Of a DNA stretch of 64,000 nt, positions 52,030 to 64,000 are shown piece after piece. The stretch comes from Tubiluchus corallicola. Taxonomy: Eukaryota > Animalia > Priapulida. Position 1 is the stretch's first letter. Each line of letters starts with the position of its first letter. Position numbers and translations under genes: made by a program. The DNA lies in the NCBI GenBank assembly GCA_030141605.1, contig JAQGDQ010000198.1, positions 186,001-250,000 of the forward strand. The letters run 5' to 3'. The notes under the pieces are model-generated. The model was not told the origin of the DNA. It made no database searches and saw nothing but the letters and a program-made list of their open reading frames with translations.

Positions 52030-52400
52030 TAGATGATCTAATTTATTGTCAGCATGTTTAAACACATTTCTATAATGTTTTCTGTCCAGGAGAATTTTGT
52101 CAGCACGAATAAACACTTTTCCAAGCCAGTTCATCTGATGTTGCAAAGATACTTTGTTTGCCAAGACTTGCTTTCGATCATTCATATTCTTAAACCTAAC
52201 TAATAATGGTCTTAAGTAATCAGATTTAATATCATCATGCAACCCTAGCCTTCTGATAAAAGAAGATTTAATTTAGCTGAAGAATGTCAATAACTTTCGT
52301 CCTACCAGCATCTTTGTGCCCAAAAGAGTCAGTGGAATCAAATTCAGGAACATTACGCATAATAACATTAAAGTTGATTGAATACCGTACTTTGATGATT
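52030..52400 (-). mobile_element. LINE ORF1 remnant (CR1/L2-group-like), frameshifted
   Basis: NVIMRNVPE ... IRRLG ... RPLLVRF ... VFIRADK...DRK motif order, interrupted by a stop and a frameshift. Confidence 0.75.
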
Positions 52401-54212
52401 ACCAGTTTCATTTATTACAAGATCAATTTTTCTGTTAAAATCATGCTATCTTTTTGAATATCAGCAAAAGAGTTCTGATATACATATGGTTCTCAAGATT
52501 TACAAAATCTATAAACAACAGCTTGCAGCTCAGTAAAGTCACTAATATTACCTTGTCAGCAATTTTCTGCTCGGTACAATTCAAATGTGAGCATCACTTA
52601 TCCTCAAACTCACTAAGCTTAAGTTAAAGTGTGATGTTGATTGTGATGTCTGTATTCGTGAATGAATATAAAGCATAGGTATAATATAAATTATGGGTAT
52701 AATATTTGTGTGTGTACTTGTATATGGTGTGTATATTCTTATACAAAAGATTATAAATGTACACTATAATTATAATATGTATAGTGCACATAATTTTTAT
52801 AGTGCAACTGCAAGTATCATTACCTGATATGATGATACATGAAGTATATTTTGTGTGTGATATAACTCAAAATACCCACTCAATATTTATGTGATATCAG
52901 CAAATAGGCACATACTTCTTACGTATTTTAGGATATTTCACCAATTTTTGTAAACTAAAAAATTTCTCAGTATGTTTAGTGTGGGTAAATACTATACCTA
53001 ACCATCATATGTCACTTTAATGCAAATTTGTCCATCATCATAATAATAGTAAACACTGTAGTAAATATTGGGGTGGCCGACTCGATAACTTAAGTTCACT
53101 TGCCACTCCTTCACTTATACATATTAACTAAAAATTAATTATTCTGTTTTATTTACATTTAATTTTAATTCATTACAATTCTATTGTAATATTTTTTACT
53201 AACAACCAAAAAAATAATGAATTTTCATTCTAATCCCGATAATTCTTCTTTTCAACACTGTCTCATGGATATGCAGTCATATATTGATTGTTACTATGCT
53301 ATATAATGTAGTATCTTCAGTTCTATATTGTTAATAGGCCTGCGAATGTATTATAATATTCGCTGTGAAAAACATTGATGTTTTTGATAGGCAGCCTGTT
53401 CCTCTTTCTTTTCTTGCAGGTAAGCTCACCTTTTTCTTACATCAGCCTTTCAGACTAGGAATCATTTATTGTCTAAATAAAATCTCGATACAATTGTGTA
53501 AAGAGTTATTAATACTACTTTATGTAATATTGTTGTGATAACTATTTTTAATACTTGTGTGAATTAATTGTTCTTTGCTCTGTATGCTCGAGCCACAATA
53601 TTCCTTTGTAAGGAGATTTTGTCTCTAGTAAAAGTTTCTTTCACCTTTAATTAAATCTGTCTTGTTTATTAGATTATAATGTGATGCGTGCAATATTTAG
53701 TAGTGGTTCAATAAACAAACATACATCCCTACCAATTTGCTCATGCGTAATCTGTCTCACAAACTTCCAGAATTTTTTAGCTTATAATGGAATTATCTTT
53801 GCTAACGCATTCCATTGCCTTGATCGTCTTGTCTAGTTATTTATATGTTGGATAACTAGCTTTGTGTTTACACTTAACAATCTGTATTATTAATATTATT
53901 TTCCTGTGGTTTATATCTCCCTAGACATGGAAAGAGTTTAGCTATTCTACTCACTTTTGACTTACTTTTTGTATGCTTATCAAAATTTTTCAGTCCAACT
54001 ATTTCTTTATTCCATCTATCATGTATTTCTAGAAAACCTTCTTCCCTTTTCAGTTGTTTGTGGTTCTTCATCTGACATTAGCCCTTTAAAAGGTTTTTAG
54101 TTCATACTTCATTGATTACCATTGGTTACCATTCAATTTCACCCTCAACTTGCATTTATAGATCTTGACTGGCTGTTGCCATATAATTTTTTATTATTAC
54201 AGAAGATTTGAA

Positions 54213-54308
54213 ATGTCTGCCGTTGTTGAAGATGATATTGTTGATGAAGATAGTGATGGGGACCTTGAAGAGCTAACTGCTGCACAAGTGCTTAGAAAAC
54301 TAGAAGTG
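54213..54308 (+). CDS. GINS4: GINS4 coding exon 1
   Basis: MSAVVEDD...LTAAQVLRKLEV|GTATTG; acceptor AG at 54201-54202 implies an upstream UTR exon. Confidence 0.9.
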
Positions 54309-57300
54309 GTATTGCCTTACATTGCTACCTTTGTGTTGTCTTTTGACTGCATGGTTTCTATCGACCACATTCTTTTGTGTAGGACAACTGTTTTTTCAAC
54401 TTCATAATTGTGGTGAATATCACAATTTGTCCAGTTTAGTTGTTTTAACACTTGGATAAGAAAGATGAGATAAAATTAGAGTTATTAATTTATCCCAGAT
54501 AAAAAATTTAAACACAGAAATCACAATATCACATAAAAAATAATCACAACTTACGTAAATGTTCATTTAGCCAAATTCCTAAAAGGTTAAATCACTAGTT
54601 AGAAGTTTAAAAAAAATTAAGCAGTGCTTAGCCTGATCAGCAAATGGAGTGACTGCCAGAAAAATTGCTTCTTGGCTGTTTCTTTTGCATTATTTGCCCA
54701 GCTATTTACCTTGCTCAGGGAGGATATATATGAAATGTATAATTAAGGGTTTTGGAGGCATTTCAGCAACAAAATGTCACAAGGTTTTTGCTACTAAATA
54801 TAAGCTTATTTAAAGATATTTTTTTAAAATTTTTTATTATGAGTGGACTAGTTGACCCTATTTTACTTTCCAGATTACTATACAAATAACTGATATCTCT
54901 TAGAATTTACAAAACATAACTTGTAAGCCTATAAGTAAGTGTGGTATTTTGTCTTTTTCTTTCATCGGCGTTTCTTTCTTAGTGATGTAACATACCATAC
55001 TCATACCTGCAGGCTTAATATTGCATATCCAGTATCCACACTGAGGTAAATTTGTTTCTTTGTGACATGTATGATACTTTATGAATGTTTAGATGTGGTT
55101 AAATGAGAAGTTTGCTCCAGAGCTGTTGGAATGTAAAACTGAAATTGTGGACTGCATGCTGGACCAAATCGCTGAGATGAATGAAAATATCCGAAAAGCA
55201 AAGAAAAGTGACTTTCGAGTGGCTATACACAAAATGGAGGTAGTAATGTTTAAACTCTTTTCACTTTTAAATCTCAGTTGGATAAATTTCTGTTTATGTG
55301 TGCCTGCCACATATGGAGCATACATTTACCGTATTTTCCCGTGTATAAGAGACCCTTGTGTATAAGAGACCCCTTCAATTTTTAGGCAAAAATTCTGGAA
55401 AAAAGTTTTTTCAGACGGACATTTTTAGAGGGTAAAGTACAACTTTTTTCAACTCAGTGCGGTACTGAAAACAAAATAAAACCAGTTAATGTGTTGTAGA
55501 AAAAGAGTACTGGTATATATTAAAGTGCGTACCTGCAAACCTGTAACAGGAAAAGAGAAAACGAGGAGATAATGCCTGTGTCACGATGCTTGTATTGCTT
55601 ACAACCGCTTCATAGTCGAACGCGACACGCAAAACAGTTGTAGAGCACTTATTTCTTTAAAATCATTAGTGTCACAATTTATGCATCTTATTGAAAAGAC
55701 TTACTCCCATGTATAAGAGACCCCCTATTTTTAAAGTGAAAATTCTGAGCAAAAAAGGGTCTCTTATACTCGGGAAAATACGGTAGTCTGACTTGCTTGG
55801 ATGGAAAACCAAAACATGTTGGGCCAAGTGGCCTGCGAAGTCCTTGAGGCTTTTGTTACCATTACCAAATTGAAAGCTGGATTTCAAAAAAATACTTACT
55901 TTTGTTATTTCTAAACCTTGTATGTGTGAGCATACATAAATTGTAGTTACTACTTTTATACAAATTAAGTGATTGTGGTCAAAAGCTAATGTTTTATCCT
56001 TCAAAGTTTCAATTAGATATTAAAATAGTTGTGCAGAAATGGAATAATCATTTTTCTTCTGATTAGTACTTTCACCAAACATCGGCCTTCATTAGGCATC
56101 TGCCCAATAAAGTAGGGTTAAGTTTCACAGATTAGAAGCATCTAGTAGCTATGCGTAAACTAATATTTTGGGAAATTTCTTACCTGGAACATAAAACCAA
56201 TTCAGAAAATTCTTGAAATACAATATTATTGTGGGTATTTAAAATCTATAGGCACTTATTGTGTTGTAGTTTTCTAATAAAATGTTGTTATTTTTAGGTT
56301 GATAGAATACGATACATTCTTAGCAGTTATCTTCGAATACGGTTAGAGAAGGTTTGTTGTACTCATTGGGTTGCATTTGCTAGGTGATACGAAATTTTAA
56401 TGCTTGCTGCCGTTTTTGTGTCAATGCTTTTTATGCCTAACAAAGTGAGTTTTGTTTTTTATGATTGCAGAAGCTGAGAGCACAGCAGTTGCTTTTTGAT
56501 TTAAGTGGCAACCAAGCCAAACATGCTTAGGCTGTGTTTAATAAATTGATATAATCAAAATAATATTAAGTTGCAAATATTACAAATAGCAAAAAATACA
56601 TGTTATTAATACATTGGAAAATGTGTTTAATTGTTTTTACCTTCTCTATGGTACTGGGATATAATTGTGAAACCTAATCACGTAACCATCAGTCTCAGTC
56701 TTTCTAACTTGACCAGAATTATTATATTGTGTGTACTTTGCCCTCATCCTGTATTAATTACTGTACTGTGTTGTATTAATTGTTTGCCAAAATGCTTGTG
56801 TATGCAGTAGGATTTTTACAACTTATCCTCATAGGCTCATACGCAGTGTTGTGTTTTTTGCAGATTGAAAAATTTGCACAGTTTCTTGTTGATCAAGAAG
56901 AAAAGAGGAAAGCAAATGAACCACCAAAATTGTCTCCAGAAGAGTACAACTATGGCAAAGAGTACTGCTTTTATTTCTGTACATAACTGACTTGAGAAAG
57001 TTGTTTATTAAAGTAAAGGAATATGTCACCTATGCTTGACTGGGTTGCCAGGTGGATCTCAGAGTGATTCTTCAGGCAACCCTAGCAGTAATACAGTAAC
57101 AGAATAGTCTTATGCAAAAATTTTTAAATCTTAAGCAAAAATTTTTATTTCTCAATTATTTTATTATGTAGAAATATCATATTCTAGCTGCTGTATAGAA
57201 CAACATGTCTAAGCTTCATTTTAAAGATTTTTCATTAATTTTTAGATAAAGCCCACTTTTAAAGCTGTCATTTTCATATGCAGTTCCCAAGTAACTAACT

Positions 57301-57719
57301 AATATGTAGAAATGTGTTCTTTGGAATGGGATATCTCAATTAGACATCATGTCTTTTTTACCAAACAAACGTGTTTGAAAATATAGTAGGTTTTGCAAAG
57401 TTTTAATATAATTACATGCCTTCTTGGGCCTTTAGCATCCAAGAACACATTTCTATCTTTTCTGATGTGTTAAACATCACACTTTGTTGCTAATGCATGC
57501 CTAACCAATTGATAATGGCATCTATCATTTTTTAGACACATATTTTATTTAATTTGATAAGTTTCATAATTCTCCGCCAAACCCATAGAAATAAAAGTTT
57601 AAAGGTATTAATTTAGTTTAAACATTTTAGATTCATACAAAATATGGATGCTTGTTTTCATTCGGTTGCATTACGTCACTTGCCTCCAAATCTGCAAAAG
57701 TTAGAATCCTCCAGAAAAG
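54213..57719 (+). CDS. GINS4: DNA replication complex GINS subunit SLD5, first five coding exons; C-terminal exons not found in the window
   Basis: Exons 54213-54308, 55093-55239, 56298-56351, 56864-56961, 57631-57719. Motifs WLNEKFAPELLE, EVDRIRYILSSYLRIRLEKIEKF, LSPEE and VALRHLPPNLQK are characteristic of SLD5. Confidence 0.95.
55093..55239 (+). CDS. GINS4: GINS4 coding exon 2
   Basis: MWLNEKFAPELLE...IHKME; 147 nt. Confidence 0.95.
55329..55783. mobile_element. Tc/mariner (Tc2/pogo-like) MITE, copy 2
   Basis: Same TIR family and TA target site as 28635-29251; internal deletion. Confidence 0.93.
56298..56351 (+). CDS. GINS4: GINS4 coding exon 3
   Basis: VDRIRYILSSYLRIRLEK; 54 nt. Confidence 0.95.
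56864..56961 (+). CDS. GINS4: GINS4 coding exon 4
   Basis: IEKFAQFL...LSPEEYNYGK; 98 nt. Confidence 0.94.
57631..57719 (+). CDS. GINS4: GINS4 coding exon 5 (GC donor)
   Basis: FIQNMDACFHSVALRHLPPNLQKLESSRK; ends AAG|GCAAGT. Confidence 0.88.
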
Positions 57720-60700
57720 GCAAGTAATAATGTAATAATGTGCATTTTATGATTATTACTACATAATATCTTAAAGATTTAAAATTACAGTTTTGTGGTG
57801 GTATATAAAGTAAAGTTATTTTAAAGTACTGTGATAGCTATAAACCACATTTTTACATGCTTTATGCCCTACTGGTTTGCATATGAAGGAGAAACAAAAC
57901 AAGTTTGAACTGTACTGACTTTTCTTTAGCATTGACATTGCTCTGTAAATCCCTTAATGGCTCGAATGTAGAGCTGGCTTTATTAGTTCTTACCGAACGT
58001 CTGTTAATTTTATGAGCCAATCATAACTATCACATTGAAATTTCACAACAACTTTTAGTTTAACAAAAAATTCAGAATCAGCATTAATTTATAAAAGTAC
58101 TACTTTAATTCTTTTGTCGCATTTAGAGTTTTATTTATTTATTTCCTTTAAAGTGACTCTAGTATCTATTACTTTTTTAAGTTGTTGTGTAACAACCACG
58201 CCATGCAGTGTCGAATGCACTTCTGTGTTAAAGAGGCAGTATAATCAGCTTATGATGCAGCTGCTACAGTGATGCTCACACGTAGTGTAGTGTGAGCTCA
58301 TAAATTCATTGTCTTATAAAATTTTGCAAACCACATTAAAGAAGAAAAATTCACATTTATGTCAAGAAGCTACAGCTGCACGTGTAAAAACCTATTTTGC
58401 TACTGGTGCAGTTATTACACTGCTAAAATATTTTATGTAGTTGTTGTCTTGTTGATCTCTGACCGTCTTAGTTCTTGCTTACTGTCGTTCCTATAGTGCA
58501 TCTAGACAGCTGTGTTTGTAAACAGCTAAATGTCATAACAGCATCTGTAAGCTGTTTTCCTGCTTTTAAAATGTGTCCAAAACCTCGTAACGGCATAAAC
58601 AGATTCACGTGTTTTGACTGTATTGCATAGTTCCCCGTATTTTTGCCTTACAAAAAATATGACTTCATTTTGACATTTGTGAAAACAAATATCTGAATTA
58701 CAATTTAGATAGGACATAATAAAAATAAATACATTATACTTATATTCAATCGTACTTTACATACTAATCAGTCCAGTTCACGGATAAGGTAGCTATTATT
58801 GTTGACTGGCATCAACACTCATGGTCTGAAATAATGGTATGTGATTAACTGATGTGAGATTTATTACTGTCCTATGTAATAAAAATTTATTTAGTGCATA
58901 TATTGCTTTCCAATGGACTTCAACAGTTATTATCTAACTAGTCAAAAAGAAAAAGAAAGTAGTGGAAAATTGTCTTGTTAAGCATTATAGTTGCTTATCA
59001 CGTCAGGTTTCACACACATTTGATAAAAAGATCTTGATATTTGCGCAGTGTCAATGCCTCAATGTCTAGACTAAATTGGTACTAGCTTAAAATACTTTCT
59101 ATTCCTAGTCCAATTTTTTTAACTTTCCGAAGTTTATTAATTATTTAATTAATTTTTTATATGACATTTTAGGTTAAGCTGGCTAAGATCTTTTATAGAT
59201 AAGACCAAGTTGAATTCGAACTTATAGTTTACAAAAGAGATTTATTTTTCTCTACAATTTGCCTGTTTTCGTTATCAGTTTTGTTTTTAAAAAGTTGCTG
59301 CTTACAAAGTTTTTTTTTATTTTGAAGAAAGTTAACATTTGAGTTGTTGTTGGTAAATAAGCTTGGGAAATTTCATCATGTCGGTTTTTAGTGGCAGGGA
59401 AATGTATTTTTAAACTGCCCGTCGTTCTAAACCGGTTTATGTTTCAAGAAGTCGCAGTAGCTGTTAGCATATTCAGTGACATTTGAAGCATTTACGAGTT
59501 TCAAGGCTTCTGTCTCATGCTGACATGTGTTACTGGTATCTTCACTGGCTGATTTAGGGGTGCGTCTATGTGAGGGGTAGGACGTTTGTGTGGGATAGAG
59601 ACACGTAGGGGTATGGGACTTCCGTAACTGAGCACATGTTTGTAATCACCTATCATTGTTCGTAGAAGCCTTGTAGGAATTAAATTCGAATTGGGGAATA
59701 AGTACTATTTTATTCAACACCGCTTTGGTTACTGTATTGATTAAATTCTAATTTTGGATAAGAATAATACGTCTGAGATCAGTATTACTGACTGTAGGGC
59801 ATTGGTTACTGGATGTATTCTCGCCTTCTTAATTAACACTGCAGGCTGCAATGATAATTGGTCGCAAAGGCTGTGATTCTCGAATTGACTGTTGAATTCA
59901 CACTAGCTAACAGCTGATAAGTGCCTTAATTAATGCATTGCTATCCACTATAATTGAACCTTTAGGAATAATATACACCAAAAGTTATACCGATTCTTTT
60001 ATAAAGATGAAATTACAGTTAAGAAGCCAGCATAACACTAATGTTAATGCTTTGCCTGAAACTAAATACCACGATATTTTGCTTTTCTACCGTGTTCCAG
60101 TTATGAAGCCTAATTCCTCATACAGATTGGTATGTATGGCATTGTGTTACATATATAACAATGTCGTGTTACGATGAGTTATTTCTGAAAAAGTATGTAG
60201 CTAAACCCTTCTAAAAGATCCTAATTAGGAATTTTAGTTGTTAAAATGGCTGAATCAGAATACAGGACTTTTTAGGTGCACTGCCGAGTAAGGTCACATC
60301 TCTGGCAAAAATCTCACATCAAGCGTTTTGGCATTAAGCGTTTGGGTCTTTCTCGAACTGCGTTGCCAAACGACGGCGCTCTTTCAGGACCTCAAACACA
60401 ATTTTTACTGTCGTGTTTCTAAGATTTTAGTGTGCGGACCTATTTTAATTCTATTAGCCTGATGCTTATGTATTTAGTATTTTAATTTCAGTTTGAGCTC
60501 AGTGCCCAAACACCCCCCGGCATACAGTGCAATAGCAGTACATAAATTTGGAAATAGATTATGCGCTTTTGGTTTCCGGCGTGTGCTTAGATCACGTAGC
60601 ACTTTTATCCTTGATATTTCTCGGTTCATTCGCCTAGTTTACAACATGCAGCAAGTCACTTGTTTATAGACGATGCGTCTGCTTGAGTGGTTGGTGACTG

Positions 60701-60891
60701 CTTCTTTTTGCAGTCATAAGACTACTACGTTGAAGAACTTGTGGACGATACCTGATTTAATAAGAATGTTTCTTTGTAGTATCACCTGTAAATTACTAAA
60801 ACTTGGTGTCCATTGAGAATACCTACTTTCGTAATCTTAAAAATAATCTATTGGTGGTCAAACCCCTTACTTGTTTTTTGTAACAAGACTG

Positions 60892-60973
60892 CAGTTATAT
60901 ACGATCAAGGATTTGGTAAAATCCTACACGACCAGTTATATACGATCAAGGATTTGGTAAAATCCTACACGAC
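60892..60973. repeat. Perfect 41-bp tandem duplication
   Basis: CAGTTATATACGATCAAGGATTTGGTAAAATCCTACACGAC occurs twice. Confidence 0.95.
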
Positions 60974-62481
60974 TGTCATGGTAAAGTGGTTAGCAAATCT
61001 ATTACACATCTGTTATACAGCGTCTATTTTCATCTGGTTATTTGTGGTCGCATAACTATTGAAATACAGTAATATTATTAGTATTATACAGCGGCTGTCT
61101 TGTTCGACTGACATAAAGCTTAAACTTGTTAGCGGCGAATTAGTGAACTGACCTAACTAAGGATTGCTGCATTTTACCACGGCTGACGTCAAATGAATTA
61201 AACTCACAAAATTTTGCATGAGCTAGTATTTTGGACGTGTTCTGATTGAACCAGGTGCTTTTCCGGACATGATTTTATTATGTAGAAAGCAAGCAATTAA
61301 AGTCAATTCTGAAGTTTTCATAGGAAGCCTTGTATTCGGCATCAGTTTGCTGAGTGGGTTTCCTTACTTTCCGTTTCGACAAGTACTTACTTCCGTCCGT
61401 CCAGGTCTTGTCTATCAGCGGATGTTATAACCATTAACGTAGACAGATGATGCTACAGCCTTTGAATAGCAGCAAAAGCGTAAATGATCCAGCAGAGTCC
61501 ATCTTTTTCTTTTCTGCAACTTCTAAATCTTTTTGGTGCTTAGCCTAGGTCCTGCTGCCGTGTCAAGCTGCTCAATTTGGTCCAATGTTTAATTAATGAA
61601 TGAATTGTAAACTCACTTTAAGCGAATAAGTTTTTCTATGCGGAGTACAGTCAGTACAATGCAGCATGAAAGGTTCCTTTTTGCATTCTTGCATGGTACG
61701 CAATTTTTATTAGTTCAGTTGGTTTGTTAAAGTATTGTCATGCGAGTACAACTTCTAGTGTACGTACAACTCTTTCTCACTTTTGCTTTCATTTGCCATT
61801 CATAAATTTGTGTACAGTGACGTTTTGGGGATCAATAATTCAGCCGCGACATCAATCGTTTTTCTCGCTGCTTACTCGAGTGTTAGTGAAACGGAAACGC
61901 GTTGTTAATTTTCACAAGGTCATGTTGTTTGCCACCCACAGCTATTAAGACGCCATTCTAATTTCGTTCGGCAGTGGTGTTAGTAAAGTAGGAGAATGTG
62001 GGGCTGCGATGCTGCATGTGCTACTTTAGAAAATTTCGTCAACAAAATGTGAATTGATCTTGCGACGCAAAACGTATTTGAGAAAAATTAGCTATATTTA
62101 AACTCACACGGTTTGGATAGTTTGATAACATGGCTCAGACATAACTGTATCTCTTAAAAGGGATACACTAACGAATTCATAAAATTTAACAAATTTATTA
62201 AACCGTATAAACTGATTTTAAATAAATGTCCCAGGCAAAGTTTACAAAGTTCTGTCCCTTTTTTACATCGAATGGAATTTTTTAACTGCAATTTTGTCAA
62301 AGTGCTTGTTGCTGAAGTTGTTTAGAAATGCTACGCCCACATACTGTCTAGACACTGGTTTACTGCCCTGGTAAATACTGATAAAAAAGCTGTTGATATC
62401 GACAGAGCTATTTATATCAACTTGTGTGATTTATTACCCTGCTGGGGGTTTATACTCGAGTAATTTCTATTGATATAAACA

Positions 62482-62710
62482 GTTTTTTATCAGTGCTTGC
62501 CAGTGTACTGAACAAGTAACTTGTTTATGTGTTTGCACCCTTACTAAAAATATACGAGCTTGTAAATAAGATTATTTTGTTCGTCATATTACGTGGTTAG
62601 CTTTTTTATCAGTATTTACTATGCACTGAACAAGCTACCTGCTTATGTGTCTGCACCCTTACTAAAAATATACATATTTGTAAATAAGATAATTTTGTTC
62701 GTAATATTTC
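62482..62710. repeat. Diverged ~118-bp tandem duplication
   Basis: TTTTTTATCAGT...CTGAACAAG...TGCACCCTTACTAAAAATATAC...TTGTAAATAAGAT occurs twice. Confidence 0.9.
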
Positions 62711-62789
62711 GTCACCAGTTGTCAGCTGTAATAATTGCCGTTATTGCAAATGGGACCGATGCTTGTCTTTGCTTGCTTGACGGTCGCTG

Positions 62790-63890
62790 GAATATAGGCA
62801 AAAATTGCGCAGGTAAAAATGACACATGAAAATGGGCACAAAAGCAAATGTAGGAAAAAATGGCACATACTTAAAGCTAAAATGCACTCAGTAGGAAACA
62901 GACCTCCGCCAAAGTCGAACAATCTTAAACATGTTAGTCTGATTTTATAGGAAAAAATGCAAAGCAAAAATGAATAAACAAACATACAAAAATATATCTA
63001 TTTAATAATTAATTTTGATTACAGTCAAACTTCTTTTATTCCGCCTAGCTTGGGATTATGTAGACAGCTAAATAACAAAATATTTTGTTTATAAAATAGA
63101 ATTATGATCAACAACAGTGTACGAATATTCTACTTAGAGTTTGTCTACAATTCTTTGACCCTTATGACATTGGTGATATAGACTTACAGACTTACCGTTA
63201 TCTCATACTGAAAGTAGTTTATATAACTAAGCAAAGGTTATAGGCAGCGTTACATACTCTTACCAAGCGAGAATTCCTCGAAATGGAACCTGGAACTAAT
63301 TCGTAGTCATCCGTCCCGGCTGAGGCGTTGACTTACTGTGTCTTGTAGACAAGTTCCTCCTCTTACCAACGAGCTATAAAATTCCCTCCGAGAACTTTAC
63401 GAAGCGTTCCAAGCACTCATTTTTCTGTACATGACGTTCTAACAACTTTTGTTGCAAAAAATGAGAAAAAACTCTCCTTCTGGCAAATTTTTACCACTCC
63501 CCCGGCACCAAATTCTTCTTGCTTATCCTGTGACTTATGTCCAACTTCTCCATAAAGTTTCATGGAAATCTGTGAAATAGCTTTTGCGTAACTCGGTTAA
63601 CCATCTAACTAACGAATCAACGGCGATGGAAACCAATCTCCTTGACGCAGGTAATCGTAATCGTAACCCACGAATCGTAATTTTTTGGACATTATATTGA
63701 TAACTAACAGACAGACAAACAAACAAACAAACAAATGACCAGACAAACAAACGACGTTAAAAATGTAAATTCTTTGGCAGAGGTAAAAATAATTATCCCT
63801 AACAGTAACCCTAACAGTAACTCATATTTTATTAAGTGTGCCAGTTTTTTCCTATGCCTTTTTTGCATGTACCATTTTTAATGTGCACCA
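62790..63890. mobile_element. Composite non-autonomous element, copy B
   Basis: Colinear with 48890-49790; inner ACCTCCGCCAAAG...CTTTGGCAGAGGT inverted repeat and (ACAA/ACAG)n. Confidence 0.8.
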
Positions 63891-64000
63891 TCGTGAAAGA
63901 AAACACAGTCACTGCGATAGAACCGTAGACGTTGCCAAGATTTTCCTGGAACAGTAACTAAGTTTGGTGATTAAGACCTTGGGAATATGTGCGTTCTCAC

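Noticed and set aside
60501-60545. Next GINS4 exon (ag|TG CCC AAA = VPK...)
   Set aside because: Similarity stops after three residues (VPKHPPAYSAI)

Overview
AT-rich eukaryotic (invertebrate, probably lophotrochozoan; inferred from protein style only) genomic window with three intron-containing genes reconstructed by eye from splice sites and reading frame. (1) The 5' part of an invertebrate Pde6-type GAF-domain cGMP phosphodiesterase (- strand, ATG 18556, runs off the left edge). (2) A complete 26-exon tankyrase (- strand, 50565..26469, 3555 nt, 1184 aa: ankyrin repeats, SAM, PARP). (3) The 5' five coding exons of GINS4/SLD5 (+ strand, from 54213), head-to-head with tankyrase; its 3' exons were not found in the window. 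Introns and intergenic DNA hold Tc/mariner MITEs, LINE remnants, an LTR-like remnant, a two-copy composite element, minisatellites and a ~1.85 kb (TAG)n array. I found no CRISPR array, no intact transposon ORF and no clearly new biological system. The best leads are two extra phase-0 exons inside PDE GAF-B, a tandem duplication with a silenced copy of a tankyrase splice donor, a degenerate ~50-bp array next to the PDE start codon, RFX X-boxes in the PDE intron, a GC-AG intron and an AG|GT site in GINS4, and the composite element.
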